From Octopus bimaculoides (Eukaryota): 64,000 nt of DNA. The notes under the pieces are model-generated. The model did no database searches, was not told the DNA's origin, and saw only the letters and a list, made by a program, of their open reading frames with translations. The stretch is from the NCBI RefSeq assembly GCF_001194135.2, contig NC_068987.1:13339487-13403486 (forward strand), given 5' to 3'. Positions 12,992 to 25,172 of the stretch are shown in pieces; the stretch's first letter is position 1; every line of letters begins with the position of its first letter. A program made the translations under genes and the position numbers.

Positions 12992-13869
12992 ACTTGGGGA
13001 TGGTCATATTGCCAGTTTAGCCAATAAAAACACACGCACTGTATATTTGGTGTTAATTTGCTTCAGCTTTATATTATCTTAATCTTATTTCGGCCAGAGT
13101 TCTCTCGTCACACNNNNNNNNNNNNNNNNNNNNNNNNNNNNNNNNNNNNNNNNNNNNNNNNNNNNNNNNNNNNNNNNNNNNNNNNNNNNNNNNNNNNNNN
13201 NNNNNNNNNNNNNNNNNNNNNNNNNNNNNNNNNNNNNNNNNNNNNNNNNNNNNNNNNNNNNNNNNNNNNNNNNNNNNNNNNNNNNNNNNNNNNNNNNNNN
13301 NNNNNNNNNNNNNNNNNNNNNNNNNNNNNNNNNNNNNNNNNNNNNNNNNNNNNNNNNNNNNNNNNNNNNNNNNNNNNNNNNNNNNNNNNNNNNNNNNNNN
13401 NNNNNNNNNNNNNNNNNNNNNNNNNNNNNNNNNNNNNNNNNNNNNNNNNNNNNNNNNNNNNNNNNNNNNNNNNNNNNNNNNNNNNNNNNNNNNNNNNNNN
13501 NNNNNNNNNNNNNNNNNNNNNNNNNNNNNNNNNNNNNNNNNNNNNNNNNNNNNNNNNNNNNNNNNNNNNNNNNNNNNNNNNNNNNNNNNNNNNNNNNNNN
13601 NNNNNNNNNNNNNNNNNNNNNNNNNNNNNNNNNNNNNNNNNNNNNNNNNNNNNNNNNNNNNNNNNNNNNNNNNNNNNNNNNNNNNNNNNNNNNNNNNNNN
13701 NNNNNNNNNNNNNNNNNNNNNNNNNNNNNNNNNNNNNNNNNNNNNNNNNNNNNNNNNNNNNNNNNNNNNNNNNNNNNNNNNNNNNNNNNNNNNNNNNNNN
13801 NNNNNNNNNNNNNNNNNNNNNNNNNNNNNNNNNNNNNNNNNNNNNNNNNNNNNNNNNNNNNNNNNNNNN

Positions 13870-14294
13870 ATATATACACACACACACATACATGTATATA
13901 TAAATTATTCCCTATATATTATTACATGTATGCACACATATATATATATATGTGCATACATTTATATATACACACATACATTTATATATACATACATATA
14001 TATTTTCACATATATTTATACATGTGTATGCAGATATATGTACATATATATGTGTCTGTACATATCTACGTATGTATGTGCATGCATATGCATGCATGTA
14101 TGTGTATTTTATTCAGTAACCAAAAGAAATAACCGGAGATAACCTTGAAAAGTCACCTATTGTGTGTTCATCAAGATAATAGATTACTCTGCATGTGATA
14201 TCATGTTTTGTTTATCCTCTCTTTCTCATTGTTAAACTAGATATAATGACAGTGCAATGACTCTTTAGAAAGGTCTTCTTTCTTTCTTTCTTTT

Positions 14295-14345
<51 letters not shown>

Positions 14346-14774
14346 ACTGTCGAAAATTGCAAGCTGTATGGAAAAATAAAAATGAAACGGTAGTCTCAGA
14401 TTTTTCTAGAATTGTTCCAAATGTCTTTTGTTGTGAATATGCACTGCTACAAACTATGTTTACCATCTTTATCACAAATATCACTATGTATGTGTACGTG
14501 TACAAACCTATGTTGATATATATGTACATGTTCATATGTAAATGTACATCCATGTATATATATATATATATACGTAAATATATGCTTACACATATACACG
14601 TACATATATATATATATATATATATGTGTTACTATATATATAATAGAATGTATGTGTATATATGTATTTCTGTGTATGTTTGTATATATACGTGTATTTA
14701 TATGTATGTGTGTATGTATATATATGTGTATGTATTTATCTGTGTGTGTATATATATGTATGTACATATGTATG

Positions 14775-14815
<41 letters not shown>
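13870..14815. repeat. (AT)n/(ATAC)n/(ATGT)n low-complexity field with poly-T, between N gaps
   Basis: Directly visible. Similar tracts flank most N gaps (e.g. 5389, 7330, 22000-22200, 47330-47475, 58390-58487). Confidence 0.95.
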
Positions 14816-15867
14816 NNNNNNNNNNNNNNNNNNNNNNNNNNNNNNNNNNNNNNNNNNNNNNNNNNNNNNNNNNNNNNNNNNNNNNNNNNNNNNNNNNNNN
14901 NNNNNNNNNNNNNNNNNNNNNNNNNNNNNNNNNNNNNNNNNNNNNNNNNNNNNNNNNNNNNNNNNNNNNNNNNNNNNNNNNNNNNNNNNNNNNNNNNNNN
15001 NNNNNNNNNNNNNNNNNNNNNNNNNNNNNNNNNNNNNNNNNNNNNNNNNNNNNNNNNNNNNNNNNNNNNNNNNNNNNNNNNNNNNNNNNNNNNNNNNNNN
15101 NNNNNNNNNNNNNNNNNNNNNNNNNNNNNNNNNNNNNNNNNNNNNNNNNNNNNNNNNNNNNNNNNNNNNNNNNNNNNNNNNNNNNNNNNNNNNNNNNNNN
15201 NNNNNNNNNNNNNNNNNNNNNNNNNNNNNNNNNNNNNNNNNNNNNNNNNNNNNNNNNNNNNNNNNNNNNNNNNNNNNNNNNNNNNNNNNNNNNNNNNNNN
15301 NNNNNNNNTGTGTGTATATATATCATCATCATCATCGTTTAACGTCCGCTTTCCATGCTAGCATGGGTTGGATGATTTGACTGAGGACTGGTGAAACTGG
15401 ATGGCTACACCAGGGATACCAAATATATAAATCTATTGGAATATCAAAAAAAAAAAAAAAAAGCCCACAGTGATTAATCGTGTCCCACTCAATTTGAAAA
15501 ATGCGTCTTAAATTATTATATGACATATGACATTTTTTTTGATTAAATAAATTTTGTATTTCAACTATTGTGTGAAATATATTCTTTTTTATATATTTTT
15601 ACCTTTATACATTATCATTTTGCATCCATTTTATTTCCGTGCCTGCATTAGTTGGATCGTCTTTTCCAACACAGCGTCTTTGCATTTGTCATCTGTTTAG
15701 TAAGGTTCAGCCTCTTAAATTCAGCATTTACCACTCCTTCCTATGTCTTCTCTCCAGGTCTTTCTTCTTGGATTACTTAGCGCTTTTTTTACACATCATA
15801 CACATCATGTGTTTTCTCTACCAATCCACATTTCTATCTTGCCGGCAACAACAATATATATATAAAT

Positions 15868-16190
15868 GAAGGTGCATGGCTCAGTGGTTAGAGCGTTGAG
15901 CTTACGATCGTAAGGTTGTGAGTTTGATTCCCAGACCAGGCTGCATGTTATGTTCTTGAGCAAGACACTTTATTTCACGTTGCTCCAGTTTACTCAGCTG
16001 TAGAAATGAGTTGTGACATCACTGGTGCCAAGCTGTATCCGGCCTTTACCTTTCCCTTGGATAACATCAGTGGAGAGGGGAGGCTGGTATGCATGGGCGA
16101 TTGCTGGCCTTCCACAAACAACCTTGCCTGGACTTATACCTTGGAGGGTAACTTTCTAGGTGCAATCCCATGGTCATTCATGACTGAAGG
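15868..16190 (+). mobile_element. tRNA-derived SINE family E
   Basis: Head ggtgcatggctcagtggttagagcg...gtttgattccc (A/B-box-like). Reverse copies at about 19740-19910, 41277-41575 and 53890-54095. Confidence 0.75.
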
Positions 16191-17255
16191 AGGTCTCCCT
16201 CCTCCTCCTCATATATATGTGTGTGTATATATATCATCATCATCATCGTTTAACGTCCGCTTTCCATGCTAGCATGGGTTGGATGATTTGACTGAGGACT
16301 GGTGAAACTGGATGGCTACACCAGGCTCCAATCTGATTTGGCAGAGTTTCTACAGCTGGATGCCCTTCCTAACGCCAACCACTCAGAGAGTGTAGAGGGT
16401 GCTTAAAAAAAAATATCTGAACAAGAAACACAATACAACAACAAACAAAAAGAAAGAAAGCACAAAAACTGAAATAAAAAAATATTCTTTTATTTTTTTT
16501 ACTAATTTCTGAGACTGCTGGTTCAGGAAAAACATCTGGCTTTAGAAAATCTGCCTCAACAAATTCCATCTCATCCATGCAAGCATAGAAAAGGAGACAT
16601 TAAAATGATAATGAAGATGACAACAAGAATAATAATGGTGGTGGTGGTGGTGGTGAATATGATAATATGAGAGGAGCAGGTAGAAATCATTGGTGAAAGT
16701 TAGATGAGTATTAATAAAAAGTAAAAGAAAGATAGTTCAAACACACATACATGCAATTATTGATACCCTACGAAGCTTAGGTGTGATCCCCACAAAGGAG
16801 TAATGCTCTCACTCCTGGGATGGTGCTGCTGCTGGGGTGGTGCACTGCACACACAGGCAAGAGACTGTATCCAGAAAAGGCCCACCCAACTGATTTGCAT
16901 AATGTCAATCACCGACATATCTCCAGCTCACAGATTATCATATTAAATGATTGTCTCCTCTCTGCATTTTCTATATCTACTATAAAGGCTTGCTCATCAG
17001 ATCACATTGCATTCATTCTACCCCCACTCAGGCATTCTTTATCATACTTATCTCTCCTTCTCCCCTCAACCTTTCTTTCCTCCAACTCCCCGAGGCTTTA
17101 AACTAATCTCTATACCACCTGTAAGTAGGTTAAAATTATACCTACTGAAATTCATTTTCATTCTTCTTCACCCAGATCCAAATGGAACTCTTTTTAGCTT
17201 CTTCATCATCTAATATGCACACACACATACACACACACATATACACACCCATTTA

Positions 17256-18296
17256 TATTATTCATCAACAAGAACAGTATTGACAGTAACTTTGAAATTT
17301 CAACCTGTAAAGCCATCATCAGACTGTGGTACATTTGAGTTAATCTTGGTTTTGTATGGTCTCTGTTAAGTTAAAATTTACTGGGGTAGGTCAAACTCTA
17401 TTGAATGATAATTAGGAAATGTATAATGGAAAAGTTTTTAAGGGAAAGGTATTATAGAAGATTTTCTATTGATTAAATTTGGAGTTGTGTTCAGAATTCA
17501 GTCATGCTTGAAGAACTTTGTAATCAGGTGTATCTATTTAGGTGTGTCAGTTACAGATCTTGGGGTTGTTTTTTAGGGGCTCACAAAAGAATGTAGATAG
17601 GTGAAGAGGTTAGTTGATCAATAGATGTGTAATTAGGTTTAGTTGTTGATTAAACCTTTTGATTTGGGACTGTAAAGGATTGTTTAGAATTCAGTTCAGC
17701 ATTTAAACCATTGTAATTCTGTTTATTTAGGTGAGTCAGCTTTTTGGTCATGGAATTTTTTAGGGTCCACAAAAGAACGTCAGTGGGTGGAAAGATTAGT
17801 TGGTCAGCAGATGTCTTTATTTGTTGTTGGTATTACTTAGGAGATTTAAATTGTTTGTTTTGGAAAGGTGGAGGTTATCAGTCAAGTATGTAAAACTCTG
17901 ATTAGGTGTGTTGATTTAGGTCACAGCATTAGTACAGAAATTTGTTTATCTTGCGCTTTAATGCTCATAAAAGGATATAGGTAACTGTAAAGGTTAATTG
18001 GTCAGCAGATTTCTCACTAAGAATAAATTGTTATTTGATTACTATTTAGAAAATTTAGTGTTTGTGTTTTAGGGAATAAAAGTTTTCACAAATATTTTTT
18101 CTCTTCAGTGTTAAGTGGGGTTATTTTGTAATGTGTTATTTTAGACCTGTGAATATAAGTAGTGTGGGGCATTTTAAAAACGTGCGCATATAATATATAA
18201 AGCCAAGATGAACTCAAGTGTACCACAATCCAATGATGGCTCAGCAGATCAAAACTTCAAGGTCCCTGTCAATACTATTCTTGTTAATGAATAATA
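17256..18296 (-). mobile_element. Penelope-like relic: inverted terminal segments with degenerate hammerhead flanking a decayed ~186-200-bp tandem array
   Basis: 17256-17351 is the reverse complement of 18201-18296 at roughly 80% identity; the two copies retain complementary parts of CTGATGA...GAAAC...GTC. Confidence 0.65.
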
Positions 18297-18417
18297 AATA
18301 TAAACTATAAAAAAGATATTGAGTAATTCTTTAGTTTAATGTTAAATTGTTTTTATTCTAACTCAACATAAAACAAACTTTAGTGTATGTGTATGTGTAT
18401 ATATATATATAAACTTT

Positions 18418-18468
<51 letters not shown>

Positions 18469-18480
18469 GCCCTGACTTAC

Positions 18481-18862
18481 ACTTATTGAATCAACTATGA
18501 AGCTTCTATGTGGTTTCTTAACCTGCAAGAAATAGCAGTAAGATGTTCCTACATTCCACCAATCTTCAAAATTTCTTTGAAAAAAATGTAAAGGGCACAT
18601 TGCATAATGTAATCCTAGATAGACTACATTCAAAAGAAAGGCTATAATGCCTTCCATCATGGAGTTACTGACCTGGGGATAAACCAAGGCAACTAGACAT
18701 TTCTCTCTTCTCCAGTGGATTTTTCACAATCGATTGAATGAAGTCAGATTGTAATCACGGATCTTGGGAAATCCACGAGTTAACGTGACGTGTGATCTTC
18801 CCATGAGCCATGATTGCAATCAGCGTTAGTCTCCAACATTGGTTTGCTCTCGTCGGTCATCA
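18481..18862 (-). other. Putative exon hosting the miRNA hairpin
   Basis: Minus-strand tttttgtag acceptor at 18863 and gtaagt donor at 18480. The 5' part has stops in all three frames; the 3' part has an open frame MMEGIIAF...DSIS running to the donor. Confidence 0.45.
18754..18812 (-). ncRNA. mir-1986: Pre-miRNA hairpin, probable mir-1986 (mature 3p UGGAUUUCCCAAGAUCCGUGAU at 18754-18775)
   Basis: Minus strand reads CATGGCTCATGGGAAGATCACACGTCACGTTAACTCGTGGATTTCCCAAGATCCGTGAT, and the stem extends to 18747-18821. The 22-nt 3' arm matches the mollusc miR-1986 sequence as I recall it; not database-checked. Confidence 0.8.
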
Positions 18863-19196
18863 CTACAAAAATAAAAACAAAAATTTTGAAAGATTGACTG
18901 GTTTAGGTAGGTGGTTTGTAGCCAAGATATTATCATGGTTAACCATCAATCCTAGCACAAAAATCCATTCTTGAATTAGACACAATCATCGTAATCATCA
19001 TTTGACTGAGGACTGGTGAACCAGATGGCTGCACCAGGCTCCAATCTGATCTGGCAGAGTTTCTACAGCTGGATGCCCTTCCTAACGCCAACCACTCCGA
19101 GAGTGTAGTGGGTGCTTTTATGTGCCACCAGCACGAGGGCCAGTCAGGCGGTACTGGCAACGGCCATGCTCAAAATGGTATTTTTTACATGCCACC

Positions 19197-19227
<31 letters not shown>

Positions 19228-20964
19228 TTTCTTTAGAAACAGTTCATTGAAATCAATTATGTATATCTAGTGTTTGGAAATAAGAGGAAAGAAACTCACT
19301 TCAGGAGTGGAATATGAGACAGTCTCTGGTGTCTGTTTAGAATTGAACTCCTTGAGAAAGAAGTTTGTATAGTCCCAGGTGAGGCATGAGTACTCCATCA
19401 ACTCACATCTGGTTCATCTTATCATTGACAGCAACTCTTGTAAAAGGTGATTATTGTTCTGTTCCGAAAAAAGAAAAAAAAAATGGTTATGTGAGAGAGA
19501 AAGAGGAAAGAATGGTCGCAGTCAAATGAGTGAAATAAGTAAAAAGAAAATACAAAAAAAAAAAACAACAAGGCAAGAAGACTGAGATCTAACATAAGAT
19601 AATTGAAAGGTAAAGAGTTCAACTCTTGGCAAAATTTCCTATTAGAAACTTTTAGTTCTTGGGTAACTCAAATGAGGTTTAATAATATAATACAAAATGT
19701 GGCTCATGAGGCCTCCATTCAGGTGGTTTTCCTGAGTCACCATCTCACCTTTGTGTGTCAGTTTGTCACAAAGTTACCTATTTACAGCTGGGTGGACTGG
19801 TGTAACATGAAATGAAGTGTTTTGCTAAGAACACAATGCACAGCTGGTCTGGGAATTGAAATCACAATCTCACAATCATGACTGTGACACCCCTGGTCCA
19901 TGCGCCTTCACTATATAATTGTAACATGTAATGAACTAACTAAAGCCTTGTGAGTAGATTTGGTAGAGGGAAACTGAATGAAGCTTGTGTATATATCATC
20001 ATCATCACCGTAATTGTTTAACATCTCTTTTTTCCATGTTGGCATGGGTTGGATGGTTTGACAAGAACCGACAAGCCAGAGAGTTCCATCAGGTTCTATG
20101 TGTCTGTTCTGGCATTGCTTTTACAGCTGGATGTCCTTCCTAACACTAACCACTCAACAGAGTGTACTAGGTGATTTTTACATGACATCAGCACCAGTGG
20201 GGTTGCCAAGTGCCCAAAAGACAAGACCCCTTAACTAAGCAGAGTATAGACTGGAAGAACAAGCAACTATGATAGAGGAAGAGAATCATGTATCTTGCTG
20301 AAGAGGTGAAAACACAGACACACACACACACTTATAGATATATCATCGTCATTTAAAGTCCATTTTCTATATTGACATGATGATTGTAAATGAATGTTAC
20401 TCTTAATACAAGCAATGTATGTATATTTCCAATATCCTGCAAAAATATGTCTGGCCATGAAGAAACAGGTAACGGTTGGTGACAGGAAGGGCATCCAGCC
20501 ATAGAAAATCTACGTCAATAATCTTCATCTGACCCATGCAAGCATGGAAAAGTGGATGTTAAAACGATAGTAGAGGTGGTTGTGGTGGTCGTCGTCATCA
20601 TGGCAGTGGAGGGGGGGTTGAGATATATACACCACATTTTTAAAAATGCTTCTTCAAGGCGAGGGTTTGAAGAGTATAGGTTTTGTGAACATTGCAAATA
20701 CGAATATGAAGTTGTTTTTTCACAATAATTTAATCATTTAGTATCCAGACTTTAATATATTCTTTCTTCAAGCAAAAACTAATACCAACTATAAATACTC
20801 TAAATGAAACAAATGAGATTATTAGATAATTATGAATGTGATTATTAGATAATTATTAGATTATTAGATAATGGTGAGTAAAACTGGAAAGAGTTATTAT
20901 TCCCAAGATGTTTCTGGAAATAACGAAGATGATGGTCTTTGATAAAATTCTTTACGTATTCGTT

Positions 20965-21378
20965 GTGCGTGAGAAGACCCGGCAAGCCAAGTAAGATCGT
21001 TGCCAGTGCCCCTGGACTGGCTCTTGTGCGGGTGGCACATGAGATGCACCATTTTGAGCGTGGCCGTTGCCAGTACCGCCTGACTGGCTCCCGTAGGATT
21101 TTCGAGTGAGATCGTTGCCAGTGCCCCTGGGCTGGCTCTTGTGCGGGTGGCACATAAAAGACACCATTTCGAGCGTGGCCGTTTTTGTGCGGGTGACACG
21201 TAAAAGCACCCACTACACTCTCTGAGTGGTTGGCGTTAGGAAGGGCATCCAGCTGTAGAAACTCTGCCAAATTAAGATTGGAGCCTGGTGTTGCCATCCG
21301 GTTTTACCAGTCCTCAGTCAAATCGTCCAACCCATGCTAGCATGGAAAGCGGACGTTAAACGATGATGATGATGATGA
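20965..21378 (+). mobile_element. Retroposon family C ending in (GAT)n, with internal tandem subrepeats
   Basis: Repeated gttgccagtgcccctgg/gtgcgggtggcac blocks, then ttaggaagggcatccagctgtagaaactctgcc...ggacgttaaacgatgatg. Copies at about 8275-8500, 15325-15414, 16233-16405, 18990-19195, 19985-20200 and 20430-20570. Confidence 0.8.
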
Positions 21379-21449
21379 TTCCTGACTTTCACTAGTTTTG
21401 GCAAGAAACAATTAGTTATTGTAGCTATTAACCACTTCCATATATATAC

Positions 21450-21493
<44 letters not shown>

Positions 21494-21676
21494 ATATCAA
21501 CATCAAAATGAAAATCAAATGGAAATTGTAGTTGTGATACCCATGCCGGTGGCACGTTAAAAAGCACCATCCGAACGTGGCTGATGCCAATGTCGCCTTG
21601 ACTGGCTTCCGTGTCAGTGGCACGTAAAAAGCACCAACCGATCGTGGCTGTTGCCAGCCTCCTCTGNNNNNNNNNN

Positions 21677-21718
<42 letters not shown>

Positions 21719-21998
21719 TTGCGTGTACATACATCTGCCCTTTGACAGGTTTTGTTTTCCATCCATGAAAGGTGTCCAAACATCACCAAGCAAGTCCCAT
21801 GTCCCCCTCACCAAACAAGTCCTATGGATTTGTTGGTTTAGTCACTAATAGCCCAGCCATAGCTGGTTTGTACTGAATCACATGATTCACATGGTTACCA
21901 AGTAACAGACCACTGGTTATCAGATCTCTGACCTCACAGAAGTGCATGACAAAGAGTGTGTGAACTCATTAGAGTCAACAAACACCTAACAACCTATG

Positions 21999-22061
<63 letters not shown>

Positions 22062-22098
22062 ATAGATTAAGGATATCTTTTCCTCAGTTTGTTACTTC

Positions 22099-22185
<87 letters not shown>

Positions 22186-22596
22186 CATACATACATACAT
22201 ATACACACACCATATTTTAACGTGTTTAAGGAACCCTTTTTGTTAAAAATTAGGTTTAAAAAATATGGGAGTTTCTTATACATAGATAGTATTATAATCC
22301 CTTATGAAACCTTTTTTCCAAATTTTAAGCCCCCAAAATTAGGGGATTCCTAATACATGAGGATTCTTTATACACATTAAAATACAGTATATATATATAT
22401 ATACACAAGTACACATGTACATGTGCATGTATGTTTGTATGATTGTGTATATGTATATGTGCATGTATGTGTATGTATATGAGTATGTGTGTGTGCATAT
22501 GTGTGTGTGTTTGTAGTTGTGTGTGTGTGTATTTCTATGAGTGTATGTACATGTGCGCATATAAGTGTTTATGTGCTTCTATGAGTGTAAGTGCCT

Positions 22597-22630
<34 letters not shown>

Positions 22631-24249
22631 CCATGCATGTGCACAACAAGCTCTGTATCCCCTCTATTGCAAAGGCATCTGTTCTTGTCCCTCTATTCAT
22701 ACACTAACCTCTCATCACCCAGAACAAATCAACCCCACCTCAATACTGCTCCCTACTCAGTGTGTGTGTGTATCTGTGTGTGTGAGTGTGACCCAACAGC
22801 CAAATCCAACTTCTCACATCTACCCTCATTCAAAAAATAAACATTCACATCATCAAACTCTCAAAGCAATGAGATAATACATGATTAATTGAAAACAATA
22901 TGATTAAATAAGCATTACTTTTGACAGAGTAATCTGAATGCTAAGGGGTTAATACTAATATCAGTAGTCCTCAACATTTTGTGGTTCAGCACTTCCTGTT
23001 ACCAAATGGTGTTTTAAAATGCTCCCTTCCCTGGCTAAAGAGGAATAAGTACTGGGATCAATTTGTTCAGTTAAACCTTTAAAGGTGGTGCCCCAGCATG
23101 GCCACAGTTCAATTACTGGAACAAGTAAGAGAATAAAAGAATCTATGGAAGGTGTGCATGCTAATTAAGCACATCCAGGATACATGCACTCAAGTTAAAT
23201 ATAATCTGCTTAAGTCATGAAGATCAGAACCCCTAATAAAATATATAATACTATAACTTAGACATTCATTGAATAGATATTGATAAAATAGGTACTGGAG
23301 CGAGTCTAGGACATTTACCCCCCATGGACAATAAGCCCCAAAGGACAATTACCTTAGAGCATCATCCAACTCGACCTGAAGAAAATTCTAACTGGGCCCC
23401 ACCTGCGAGGTCATGCACTGTTAATTTTGATATGAGATCACCATGTCGCGCACATATGGTTGTGATGCATGTGCCTGGTGTACCCTTATCAGACGGGTAG
23501 TCATGATGGGTATAATGGGCTTTGTATATTTTACACCAGTGTCACTTTGATGGCATGCACTGCTCTCTCACTCAATAATAATAATAATGATGATGATGAT
23601 GATGATGATTTCAAATTTTGGAACAAGGCCAGCAACCTACCTCCTAAAATTACATTACCTCCTAAAAATACACTAAAAAAAAAAAAAAAAGTTGTTATGC
23701 ACATGCAGAAACAGCACAACATGGCAAAAGAAATAAAAGAAAACCTAGATGTGACATAAAACAAACAATTGTCACAAACTTGTAGCAGACTGTCGTAGAA
23801 CTTCTGACCATTGCTGATCAGTGGTTGTTAAGTGACTAATCAGTACAACATCTCTGAATACACAAGTTTCTGATGTTACGGAACAAAGTCCTTATGAAAC
23901 TATGTAATTACTGCATTCTGACAGCTGTCAAGATGTTGCTTACCAGACAAGGTCGGTATGCTCATGTGATCTTTAATAAGTTGTTGGTGGTGTACAGCCC
24001 TAGGTCAATCCTGGTCGAGCAGACATACTTATGATGTAAAGGTTGTTTCATATTGTGGCTGGGTGGTTAATAAGCTCACTTTGCAACCATGTGATCTTTG
24101 GGTTCCACTGTGCAGCGTCTTAGACAAGTGTATCTGCTATTATAGCCCTGGGCTGACTGATGCCTTGCAAATGAAACTGGTAGACAGAAACACTGTGGTA
24201 ACCAGTTATGTGTGCATATGGGGTTCCTTCAAAGGGTCTTTGGAGTAAT

Positions 24250-24610
24250 GTGACACAATAGAATGCATAGCCTGGAAATCAGAGAGGTGCTCCAAGTAAA
24301 GCCCATATTTGTTTGAATTGAGAAATCACAGTTCCAATATTACAGACATGTGGCAATAATGTCCCAAGAAGGAATCATTGGACAGGTTTTATGGGCAAAC
24401 CCAACCAGCAGGAGACCAAGGGAGGACCATGAACAAGATGGTTGGATAACATCCATGTCTTTGATTGAATTTTGCTTGGGGATCCAGTCAAATCAATTGA
24501 AGATGGTTGCTTTCTGACAGGGCCCAATGAAAGGCATGCTCTGAGGACTCTACTCCCATGACCCTTCCACAAATAAGTGGGTAAAGAAGACGAGATGAGA
24601 TATTCTGTCA
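24250..24610 (+). mobile_element. Degenerate RTE-like LINE 3' end
   Basis: Decayed peptide pattern (…RRPRGGP*TRWLDNI…) typical of the RTE ORF C-terminus; frameshifted. Confidence 0.45.
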
Positions 24611-24852
24611 TATGCATGGTATGTAGCAAATTATACTAACACCTGTTACACACACACACATACACATCTGTATACACATTAACAATCCCTCTTGGCTGTT
24701 GTCGGTTACTATGAGCCAGAACTGCAGGCATTCCTTTCATGGGATATGGTTAGATGTCCATGGTATTAAGTTTATATTTTGTTTTATCATTGTATCTTGA
24801 CAATCTTTTGTCAATATTCCTTTTGGTTTATGATTATACAGCTGTGCATGCA

Positions 24853-24900
<48 letters not shown>

Positions 24901-25104
24901 NNNNNNNNNNNNNNNNNNNNNNNNNNNNNNNNNNNNNNNNNNNNNNNNNNNNNNNNNNNNNNNNNNNNNNNNNNNNNNNNNNNNNNNNNNNNNNNNNNNN
25001 NNNNNNNNNNNNNNNNNNNNNNNNNNNNNNNNNNNNGGTGGTAGAAGAAATAAAACTATAGGCATTTTAAATAGTTTTCCAGCTTGTGGATTTTTACATC
25101 TGTT

Positions 25105-25172
<68 letters not shown>

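Noticed and set aside
13058-15380. Long ORFs of 200-330 aa (also 5075-5599, 55759-56356, 58333-59060)
   Set aside because: Artefacts of N gaps and dinucleotide/trinucleotide repeats.
16369-16578. ORF MDEMEFVEADFLKPDVFPEP
   Set aside because: Decayed retroposon family C sequence, not a host exon.
17380-18170. FNIP-like repeat protein relic (FNQQL, LTHL words)
   Set aside because: The motifs fall in different frames, and conserved stop codons recur in the units.
18743-18863. Box C/D snoRNA (GTGATGA...CTGA on the - strand)
   Set aside because: No convincing terminal stem or recognisable rRNA/snRNA guide; the miRNA hairpin explains the structure better. Not fully excluded.
20845-21297. 150-aa minus-strand ORF with internal repeats
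   Set aside because: Antisense reading of retroposon family C subrepeats.
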